From contig CAWGEZ010000033.1 of the NCBI GenBank assembly GCA_963821605.1, positions 9,645-73,644 of the forward strand: a DNA stretch of 64,000 nucleotides, read 5' to 3'. Position 1 is the stretch's first letter; each line of letters starts with the position of its first letter. The translations under genes were made by a program, and so were the position numbers. The notes beneath the pieces were generated by a model. It worked only from the letters and a program-made list of their open reading frames with translations. It made no database searches and was not told where the DNA came from. Below are positions 31,256 to 39,256 of the stretch, piece by piece. The DNA comes from an uncultured delta proteobacterium. Lineage in GTDB: Bacteria > Desulfobacterota > Syntrophorhabdia > Syntrophorhabdales > WCHB1-27.

Positions 31256-32733
31256 AGATCCGGCTCGAACACGTCTATGGCCGGGATATCAAAGGGTAAC
31301 CCGTAGCTCTTCCACTTTTTCTGGACCTTCTCGTAGGTGGGTTTCGTCAAGCGGGTGCGCTTGGAGAAGGTCTTGAGGAACTTGTGCTCCTTGCAGGCGT
31401 TGATGATCGTTTTGGAGCCGTAGGGCCGCTCCTCAGGCGGATTCTTTGTAGGATCGAGGTAGGTGGACCAGGTGTGTCTCAGGATGTCGATGTCGCTCGC
31501 CGGGTCGCAGCGGGTCGACATGGCCCAGATCACCTGCTCAATATCGGTCGGGTCCACATCGTCATCGACAACGACGATCCACTTTGTATAATAGGCAGCG
31601 CCTGAACACTGCGCCGCGAGTGCGGCCGCCTGAGCTGCATGTCCCGGGTACCGCTGCTCGATGGAGACGACGACCATGCCAAAGCCGCCGGCGGCCGCAG
31701 GAACTGAATAGACACCCCGAATGGCCGGCACGCCGATGATCTCCAGATCATCCCAGATCTTGGCCGAGCGTGCTATACCGAAGAAGAGGTTCTGCTCACA
31801 GGAGGGATGATCGGCCATGAGCGCAGCGGTAAGGATCGGTTCGTTCCGGTACCGTATGCAGGTGACATCGATGGCCGGTGTCGGGCCTCCCGGGCGTCCG
31901 TAGTAACCCTGGAACTCACCGAAGGGGCCTTCCGTCTGCAAATCGTCCGGATAGGCTATCCCTTCTATGACGATCTCGGCATGGGCGGGTATGAGAAGAT
32001 CGACGGTCTTCCCCTTTACCACTTCATAGGGTCTGCCCATGATCCCGCCTATGGCGTCATATTCAGAGATGTTTTTCGGAAAGCCCATCGCCCCGCAGAT
32101 GAAGAGCAAAGGATCGGTTCCGTAAACAGCCGCCACCTCGCAAGGCTTTCCTCTGCTCCAGCACCGTTCGCGATGGAGCAAGGCATCCTTACCCGGAGAG
32201 ACATAAAAGCCCACCTGCCTCTTGTTCATGATCATCTGCCGGTAGGTCCCCAGGTTGAGAAGACCGCTGTCGGGATCTCTGGTGATAATTGCGTCCCCGG
32301 TCCCGATGTACCTTCCGCCGTCGTGATGCCACATTTTGGGCGCAGGAAACATGGTCACATCGATGTCTTCCCCGGTTATAGTGTTTTCATTGATGGGTGC
32401 CTCTTTATCGCTGATCTCACGAGGGGGGATCCTCTTCTTGTAAATGTCCTTGGTCATCCTTATCATCTCAAGGGCAGGAAGATTGAGGGGCAAGCCCAGG
32501 GCAAGGGCGATCCTGTTCAAGCTACTGCCGAGGATGTTACTCAGTACCCGGTTTCCTTTCTTGTAATCCTTTATGGTTTCGAAGAGCAGGGCCGGCCCGC
32601 CGATCTTCTTGCCGGTCAAATAGGTGAGGGCCGAAAGCTCCTCGTCCCAATCAACTTCTTCGGTGATCCGTGCCAGCTCACCGATCTTTTCTACTTCCTT
32701 GAGCCATTCCCTCAAGTCGTTCCAAGCGATCAT
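31252..32733 (-). CDS. UbiD family (prFMN-dependent type) decarboxylase
   Basis: Start MIAWNDLREWLKEVEKIGEL at 32733 with a GAGGAGG ribosome-binding site. UbiD-like throughout (..GGPALLFE.., ..HHDGGRYIGTG.., ..EGPFGEFQGYYG..). The ORF-track extension to 32847 reads through repeat E. Confidence 0.85.
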   Translation of the reverse strand: MIAWNDLREWLKEVEKIGELARITEEVDWDEELSALTYLTGKKIGGPALLFETIKDYKKGNRVLSNILGSSLNRIALALGLPLNLPALEMIRMTKDIYKKRIPPREISDKEAPINENTITGEDIDVTMFPAPKMWHHDGGRYIGTGDAIITRDPDSGLLNLGTYRQMIMNKRQVGFYVSPGKDALLHRERCWSRGKPCEVAAVYGTDPLLFICGAMGFPKNISEYDAIGGIMGRPYEVVKGKTVDLLIPAHAEIVIEGIAYPDDLQTEGPFGEFQGYYGRPGGPTPAIDVTCIRYRNEPILTAALMADHPSCEQNLFFGIARSAKIWDDLEIIGVPAIRGVYSVPAAAGGFGMVVVSIEQRYPGHAAQAAALAAQCSGAAYYTKWIVVVDDDVDPTDIEQVIWAMSTRCDPASDIDILRHTWSTYLDPTKNPPEERPYGSKTIINACKEHKFLKTFSKRTRLTKPTYEKVQKKWKSYGLPFDIPAIDVFEPDL

Positions 32734-32754
32734 AGGTGCCTCCTCAGTATTCAA

Positions 32755-32928
32755 GGAAGAGGAAGACCGCTTCCTTACAGGATGCTTCGCTATCGCTAGG
32801 AAGCCCGTTCGCTCTGGCGTGCCTAGGAGCGTCGAAATCTCCACCACTCCATGGATTAATTTCCACGTCAGCGCCCTAGCCGCGATCGTCCTAGCCGAAG
32901 GCGATCTTCACTCTTCCAGCGCGGTCTT
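32755..32928. repeat. CCTTACAGGATGCT element family, copy E (mosaic)
   Basis: ccttacaggatgct at 32773-32786 is followed by tcgctatcgctaggaag. Short inverted flanks agaccgc (32764-32770) / gcggtct (32921-32927). The right end abuts the aldolase stop (32929-32931). Confidence 0.65.
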
Positions 32929-33726
32929 TCATCGCATATCCGGCATGTTCTTTTTCACCCTGGCCACCCAGTAGCTCCACATGCGGTCCAGGGGCAGGGC
33001 GTTGAAAAGCGCAACCTCCATGGCGCGCTTGGCCTCGTCGGGAGAAAGATATTTCACCTGTTTGTCCAATTGGAGTGCCTGGAGCTGGATGGCAGCATTA
33101 TCCCGCAAGTAGATGGCAGAAGCCACCACATGCCGAAGACTCTCTCCGACAACGTCGCAGCCGTGACCGCGCAAGAGATGCACTCTGTATTGGCCCAGGT
33201 GCTTTGCGATGCGCTCCCCTTCCTGGCTCGTGGAGATCAGCATTCCTCCGTCCGGCTCGTAATCATCGTAGACCGGAACGCCCTGATACAGGAAACTGCC
33301 GACGTGCGTGACGGGACGAAGGGGAATATTGGTAACCGAAAAGGGTATCACCGCAGCAGGGTGCCCATGAAAAACAGCGTTCATATCGGGACGCGCCTTG
33401 AGGATCGCGCCATGGATGATGCGCTCTCCGTATGGCCTCATGGTTGTCTTTGTCAGTACATTTCCATCGAGGTCGATCTCGAGGATGTCATCTCCGGTCA
33501 CCTCAAAAGGGGAGATGGAGCGTGCTTGAAAAAAGGCGTTGGCGTTCTCCGGGCTTCTCAGGCTTACGTGTCCCAGGGCGTCGAGAACACCTTCGTTCGC
33601 GAGTATCCTGTTGGCCATGACGACCTGTTCGATGGCCTCCGCAGCAGATTTTGGAGCGTTCTTCGGTTGCTCAACCGGCATCATTGCAGTTCTTCTCCTG
33701 GTCTGTTTTTTTGAGGGATTTTGCAT
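32929..33726 (-). CDS. class II aldolase/adducin-domain protein
   Basis: 265-aa ORF with a metal-binding His pattern ..ERIIHGAILKARPDMNAVFHGHP..LLRGHGCDVVG.. typical of the class II aldolase fold. Confidence 0.8.
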   Translation of the reverse strand: MQNPSKKQTRRRTAMMPVEQPKNAPKSAAEAIEQVVMANRILANEGVLDALGHVSLRSPENANAFFQARSISPFEVTGDDILEIDLDGNVLTKTTMRPYGERIIHGAILKARPDMNAVFHGHPAAVIPFSVTNIPLRPVTHVGSFLYQGVPVYDDYEPDGGMLISTSQEGERIAKHLGQYRVHLLRGHGCDVVGESLRHVVASAIYLRDNAAIQLQALQLDKQVKYLSPDEAKRAMEVALFNALPLDRMWSYWVARVKKNMPDMR

Positions 33727-33782
33727 GGAACACGTGTCACGTCACGCGAGTAAGCAGCAAAACATCTCGCGCGTGGAAATGG

Positions 33783-33812
33783 CACGCCCCATCCGCACCA
33801 GGATGGGGCGTG
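33783..33812 (-). terminator. 12-bp perfect GC-rich hairpin between dctP-2 and the aldolase gene
   Basis: cacgccccatcc (33783-33794) / ggatggggcgtg (33801-33812) with loop gcacca. It lies 13 nt downstream of the inferred dctP-2 stop. The downstream T-run is weak (ATTTCC), so it may be an attenuator or stabiliser rather than a full terminator. Confidence 0.4.
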
Positions 33813-33824
33813 GGCCGGTTCATT

Positions 33825-34888
33825 CTAGTACTGATATGCCGTCGGTATCTTCTGCGCCTTTTCCTGGCCTTCCAGTAGTCGATACGCTCCTTTATAAAGG
33901 CTATCCAGGTATCGACCTCTTTCTCCTTATAGCCCTTGGAGACGAGGTCCTTCTTGTAATCGCCGATCACCGGCTCTGCAGCTTTTACCATTTGGCAGCT
34001 TCAGCGTCGCTGATAGGCACGATCTGTCCACCCTGGCTCTTGAGGAATTCTCTGCCTTCGATGTCTATGTCATTCCAGTCCGCTGCCCATTTTTCCAGAT
34101 ACTCCTTGGATGTATCATCGAAGAGTTTCTTCATGTCGGTGGGAGGCTATCCCATTTGCGCTTATTCATTGTTACATAGAAACCAAAGACACTTCCCACC
34201 TTCCATGACTCCGTGACGTACTTGATCAGTTCGCCGATCTTGAAGCCTTTAAGCTGTTCCAATGGTCCCATGTTGCCGTCGATAACGCCCCTTCTCAGGG
34301 ACTCGTAGAGATCGACCATCTCGATGGGCATGGGAGTCGCGCCAAGCGCTTTTACGATGTCCCCGACCCTGCCGGTTCCCCTGATCTTCAGACCTTTGAG
34401 CTCCTCCAGCGTTTTCACCGGTTTACTGAGCGTCTGGATAACGTTTGCGGGGACTGGTGCTGAAGATGAGGGGATGAAACTCGATTCCATTCCTTCGGTT
34501 TGAACTTGTCATAAAAGTCGTTGGATACATAGGTGCCGATCCAGGGCTCGGAAAGCCGAGCGGCAACTCCATGGCCTCCATGACCGGGAAGCGCCCTCTT
34601 GAGTAAGCGCAGTGAGAGAGCCCGATGTCGGCAATCCCCGTTGCCACGCCGGCGGCGATCTTGGGTGCTGTCAGCAGTGTCCCACCGGCATAATAGGATA
34701 TCTCCACTTTGCCGTTCGATTTCTTGTTGATGTCTTGAGAGAATTGATCAAAGATTATGGCGTTTTTGTGCGTGGGCGGAAAGAAGTTCGCAAATTTGAG
34801 CTTGATCGGCTCGGCTGCGTACGTAAAGGAATACGTTGATGAAAAGAAGAGAAACGGCCACCACGAACAATGCTACTTTTCGTCCCAT
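33825..34888 (-). pseudogene. dctP: TRAP substrate-binding protein (DctP family), system 2, at least 5 frame changes
   Basis: Start MGRKVALFVVAVSLLF at 34888 (AAGGGGG ribosome-binding site). Fragments: AEPIKLKFANFFPPTHKN.., ORF 34423-34707 (VEISYYAGGTLLTAPK..), ORF 34131-34490 (..LKIRGTGRVGDIVKALGATP..) and ORF 33737-33991 (..EPVIGDYKKDLVSKGYKEKEVDTWIAFIKERIDYWKA). Inferred stop at 33825-33827. Confidence 0.75.
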
Positions 34889-35049
34889 CTTGATACCCCC
34901 TTCACTTTATTTTGATACGTCTTTGCTTCTTACACAGCACCTGCCTCTGGTCCGCCTGCATTTGTGAACCAGTCATCATTGCTCGCCGCTCACCACTCAC
35001 TGACCACTGATCATTATACACCACTATCTCCCCTTTCCGCACTCTCCTC

Positions 35050-36351
35050 TCACTTGAAAAAGACCGAAGGAAGCCAGAGCACCATTTGCGGGATGAGAAA
35101 GAGCAGGCCCCAGACAAATATGAGCGAGATCAGGAACGGAGCCACGCCCCTGTAAATCTGGCCTATAGGTACCTTGGTTATGTTTTTCACCACGAAGACG
35201 CAGATTGCGACCGGCGGAATGACAACGCCGATCATGACGACAACGCAGATCACTATCCCGAACCAGAGCGGATGGAAGCCGAGCTTGAGGGCTGCCGGGT
35301 AAAAGATAGGGGTAGCAAGAATCATGAATGCAAGGTCATCGATGAACGAGCCGCCTATTTCGAAGACGATGCAGATGAGTATCATGATGAGGTAGCGGTT
35401 GAGCGGCAAGGCCACGATCCAGTCCGCTGCTTTCTGGGGGATATTGGACACGGCTAGGAAATGGCCGAATATGGCGGAGCCCGCAATGAGCATGAGAAGC
35501 ATCCCGGCCGTGCGTAAGCCTTCCGAGACTGACGAGACATACTTCTTGAAGGTCATGTCCCTTTTTACGATCGTCAGCAGGAGAACGGCGAACGTGCCGA
35601 CGGCGCCGGCCTCTGTGGGAGTGAAATAGCCCTGCATGATGCCACCGACGACCAGCAAGAAGACAAGGAGGACCCAGAACACCTCGGGAAGGGATCGCCC
35701 TCGCTCCTTCCACGTTGACCGAACACCCCTGGGGGCAATGGCCGGATTGATCTTCGCCCATCCGTAAATGATACCGATGAACAACGCGGCAATGAGGAGT
35801 CCCGGTATCAGCCCGGCGAGGAAGAGCTGTCCTATGGACTGTTCGGTGAGTATGCCCATGATAATAAGCGTAACGCTCGGTGGTATGATGCAGCCGAGGC
35901 TACCCACGGTCGCGACGATTCCCGTTGAAAGCGTCTTGCTGTAACCGAAGCGGTCCATCTCCGGGATAGCGACGCTGGCAAAGGTAGCGGCTGTGGCGGC
36001 TGACGAGCCGCAGATGGCCTTGAAGCCCGTTGCACCTATGACCGTGGCCATAGCCAGGCCTCCCGGGATATGGCCGACGAATTTGTCCGCGGCGTTATAG
36101 AGCCTCACTGCTATGCCTGCATTGAAGCCGATCTGGCCCATCAGAATGAAAAGCGGGAAGACCGTGTATCCGTAGTTGGTTATAACGTCAAAGACGTCTC
36201 TTGAGATGAGGTTCATGGCCGAACTCCAGCCGTTAAGGTAAGCAAACCCCACAAAACCTACCAGCGCCATGCCAAAGCCGAGCTCGATACCTGTTGAGAA
36301 AATAAGGAGCAGCACGGCAAGGCCAATAATGCCTACGGTGACCTCATTCAT
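35050..36351 (-). CDS. dctM: TRAP transporter large permease (DctM), system 2
   Basis: 433-aa polytopic ORF, collinear with the system 1 DctM. Confidence 0.9.
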   Translation of the reverse strand: MNEVTVGIIGLAVLLLIFSTGIELGFGMALVGFVGFAYLNGWSSAMNLISRDVFDVITNYGYTVFPLFILMGQIGFNAGIAVRLYNAADKFVGHIPGGLAMATVIGATGFKAICGSSAATAATFASVAIPEMDRFGYSKTLSTGIVATVGSLGCIIPPSVTLIIMGILTEQSIGQLFLAGLIPGLLIAALFIGIIYGWAKINPAIAPRGVRSTWKERGRSLPEVFWVLLVFLLVVGGIMQGYFTPTEAGAVGTFAVLLLTIVKRDMTFKKYVSSVSEGLRTAGMLLMLIAGSAIFGHFLAVSNIPQKAADWIVALPLNRYLIMILICIVFEIGGSFIDDLAFMILATPIFYPAALKLGFHPLWFGIVICVVVMIGVVIPPVAICVFVVKNITKVPIGQIYRGVAPFLISLIFVWGLLFLIPQMVLWLPSVFFK

Positions 36352-36829
36352 GTTGGCCCCTCCAGATATTCACGATTTCGAAGATGAAGACGAAGCACTC
36401 AAGGAAGCAGCAAACTGCCACCCCGTACGCGACAGGGTAGAAGGGTAACTTGATCGTGGGTGAGACCTCCCCTGAGGCGTGAAACTCAGCGCCAACGTTG
36501 AACAGGTTGTAGCCGATGAAAAAGAAGAGGATGAGGACCAGTATGCGTGTAAAGGTGTTCATCACGTCCTTGCCTCTCGGGCCCAGCTTCTCCAGCAGGA
36601 ATTCCATGTAGACGTGTCCTTTGTCCAGAGAGACCTTGGGGATGCCGAAGCCGATGACGACTGCCAGGGAGAGGGCCACGATTTCATAGGTGCCGATGAT
36701 CGGGTGACCGGCTGCTCGTAACGAGACATCGGCCACGGTCAGGAACATCATTAAGGTGAGGGTTATGCCCGCAATGAAATTCAGGATCTTACTGATGAAT
36801 TTTAAGACATCATATAAAGCATCCATCAT
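36344..36829 (-). CDS. dctQ: TRAP transporter small permease (DctQ), system 2
   Basis: 161-aa 4-TM ORF with an 8-nt overlap with dctM-2. Confidence 0.8.
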   Translation of the reverse strand: MMDALYDVLKFISKILNFIAGITLTLMMFLTVADVSLRAAGHPIIGTYEIVALSLAVVIGFGIPKVSLDKGHVYMEFLLEKLGPRGKDVMNTFTRILVLILFFFIGYNLFNVGAEFHASGEVSPTIKLPFYPVAYGVAVCCFLECFVFIFEIVNIWRGQHE

Positions 36830-37084
36830 TCCTCCTTCTTGATCCGGCGAGGCAGCAGGGCGCCCGAAGACTCTTACACCATAAAAGGGACCAAGTGCTC
36901 CGGACAGGTGCCAGGTGCCACGAAAATGTAGTCTATTCTATAAATTAGGCCGATTTCATGTCAAGACAATTCTCTCACGGTAGCTTCCGTGATGCCAGAT
37001 GTGCGCGCCGTTGAGTGGGTCTCCCCGGGCATTACCCACGGGCCGGAAGTCCAAGGCGTCAACCGGAACAAGAGTCGTGACTCG

Positions 37085-37294
37085 TAACACCAGTTCGCCT
37101 GCAAAAATAGAGCGAGGCGACCAGGAGGACAGCGATAGCGCAGCATCCTGTAGGACGGAGGCGTACTATGTACGCCGGAGTCGTGCCGATAGCGCTAGCG
37201 AAGCATCCTGTAAGGAAGCATCCTGTAAGGACACAGCGACGAAGGGGCACCCGTGTCTAAACACGGGTCTATGAATGAAGGCGAACTGGTGTTA
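37085..37294. repeat. CCTTACAGGATGCT element family, full copy A
   Basis: 15-bp perfect outer inverted repeat taacaccagttcgcc (37085-37099) / ggcgaactggtgtta (37280-37294). The core contains three AGCATCCTGTA(A)GG motifs, a cgtac-tat-gtacg hairpin and an acccgtgt/acacgggt hairpin. The right arm contains the NYN gene stop (37292-37294). Confidence 0.8.
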
Positions 37295-38330
37295 GGTCTC
37301 CACCCTTTTGACCGCGTGCTTGAGACCTTCGACTTTCGATTCTACCAATCCCCGAGATTCAGCAGCCTGTATGAACTCTTTGAACTGCGCAAATCCCAGG
37401 GCGCTGAACTGCACTTTTCTTTCGATCAGCCTTGAGTTTACCGTGCGATAGGAATGGTAGCTGGGTGTACTTCCCTTGTCCAGGTCCTTGAGGACGTCCA
37501 GAAGAGCTAGCAAAGGCTTTCTGTTGCGGACCTTCCCGTCTCAGCGCGTCCGGCGCAGGATAGACGAGCGCTTCGGCCCCTTTGCCTTCGATGGTGACAA
37601 AACCGGCTTTCACGGCAGCCGTGACAAAGTCACTCCAGTGGGAGAAATTGAGCTTCTTCTCATTGAAGTTCGGGTTTAACATCTTCATTCTGATCTTGAC
37701 CGAGCCGAGGCCGGGGCTAACCTTCTTCTTCAGCATGAGGTCTGCGGCTTCTGCAAGCAGCTGGAACCAGTCTTCCTTGGTCGTCGGGGTTACGATGCTC
37801 CGTTGCTGAGCGGCCTTGTCTTCCGCCGCAGGGACCGTTTTCTGAGGCGATTCTTCATCGTCACCTCCCGGGACAAGTCCCCGGTAGTCTACATAGCTGT
37901 CAGCCAGCGCGAGGAGATCTTCAGAGGCGTTCTGGGTATTGCAGACGATGTGCACCATCTTGCCTGCACGCCGCAGGGCGAGCACGAGAAAACGAAAATC
38001 GCTATCACCTGTTACGAGGATGAAGGTATCTATATGTTCGTGGATACGCATGACCTCCATGGCGTCGGAGACCAACACCATGTCGGAGCTGTTCTTGCGT
38101 CCTTTGGGCACGTGCACAAGATAAAAATATCTCCTGGTCAGGGATGGCGCGAGTTTCGAGAAACCCGGATTGGCCCAGTTGCCGTAAGCGCGAGCAGCCA
38201 CTATCCTGCCTTTAGCCTCAGCGTACTCAATCAAGCCCTCCAGGAAGAGGGAGTCAGACCCCGGGTTCACATTCTCAAGATCCCACAGAATGGCAACATT
38301 GCTCATATCGTTCATGGCCCTCTCAGCCAA
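37292..38330 (-). CDS. NYN (LabA/PIN-like) nuclease-domain protein with C-terminal OST-HTH/LOTUS-like domains (1 frame change near 37500)
   Basis: N-terminus VAILWDLENV..ARAYGNW..FILVTGDSDFRFLVLALRRAGKMV (NYN). The tail in ORF 37292-37513 reads FSALGFAQFKEFIQAAESRGLVE. Confidence 0.75.
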
Positions 38331-38503
38331 TTATACAGGTTTACACAGCAGGGCGCAAGCCAAAAGTCTGATTTCTCAACGTGAGACGTGGTTCAGACGG
38401 TTCAACTCGAAATTTGCGCATGACGTTTCTTGCGAGTGACGTCCGGCCCGGTACCATCTCGTCCGGGTTCCGTTGAAAGCGAAGGCCCTGCAGTATAGTA
38501 CGT

Positions 38504-38987
38504 GTGCCCGTGAGCCAGATTCCTTTATCAACGATTATTATTGCTATTGCAATGCTCGTCTTCTCCGTACTCATCGTGAGTAAGATTGGGAGGAAGATTC
38601 CGCTCTCGAGACGGGCCCAAGCGGCCCTCCTTGCGTTCGGCGCTGCGGCTCTTCTGGTGGGTATCTATCTGCACCTCGATGAGACGCCCGCGGCCAAGCC
38701 CTGCGCTGCGGGGGTGGCCAGGCAGGAGAAAAACGCAGGAGAGTCATTCACGTTCACCTTCAGGCCCGGAGCAGGTTCGATGGGGCGATCAGGTGGAGAT
38801 TCAGGTTCCTTTCTCTGCCGAATCGATCACGGTATACTTGAACGGGATGCCGCTGCCGAAAAGGGTGAACGGCGGCGGAAGAACGATCCGCGTGACTATC
38901 CCATCGGGCAGCGAAGACGGGTTATCTGGAGTTAGAGCGGGACGGAACCCGGGCCCGCGCTTCAGAGCCGATTTCTATCAGCCCTGA
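38504..38987 (+). CDS. hypothetical membrane-anchored protein (frame-shifted)
   Basis: N-terminal TM helices IIIAIAMLVFSVLIV / ALLAFGAAALLVGIYL (ORF 38504-38935). A beta-rich C-terminal part VRWGDQVEIQVPFSAESITVYLNGMPLP is in ORF 38586-38987. Confidence 0.3.
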
Positions 38988-38992
38988 GTAAC

Positions 38993-39256
38993 AAGGTAAG
39001 AGATAAAGAAGGTTGAGGTCAGGACTCAGGAAGACTGAAAGAAGGTAAAGGTAAAAACAAGAGCAAAGGTAGAGGTAGGGCTTAGGCAGAAGGACAGGTA
39101 ACCTGTTTCATTCGTTCTATTGGTTTGATTGGTTTGTGTCGGGAGTTGCGTTGCGGGATTTGCCTGTCAACAAATGAAACCAATTAACCAAAGGAACCAT
39201 TGAACGAACTCTTGACCTTAACCTCTACCTTCGTTTAGTTCTTACCTGTATTACTG
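38993..39256. repeat. ~260-bp imperfect palindrome of purine-rich / pyrimidine-rich low-complexity words between convergent genes
   Basis: The left arm aaggtaagagataaagaaggttgaggtcagg...ttcattcgttctattggtttgattggtttg mirrors the right arm aaaccaattaaccaaaggaaccattgaacgaa...cttgaccttaacctctaccttcgtttagttcttacctg. Confidence 0.6.

Noticed and set aside
31807-32799. 330-aa plus-strand ORF opposite the UbiD gene, ending ..LPYRMLRYR
   Set aside because: It is antisense to a well-supported UbiD homologue. The PYRMLRYR tail is simply the CCTTACAGGATGCT..CGCTATCGC repeat translated, and the same peptide ends ORF 42500-42859.
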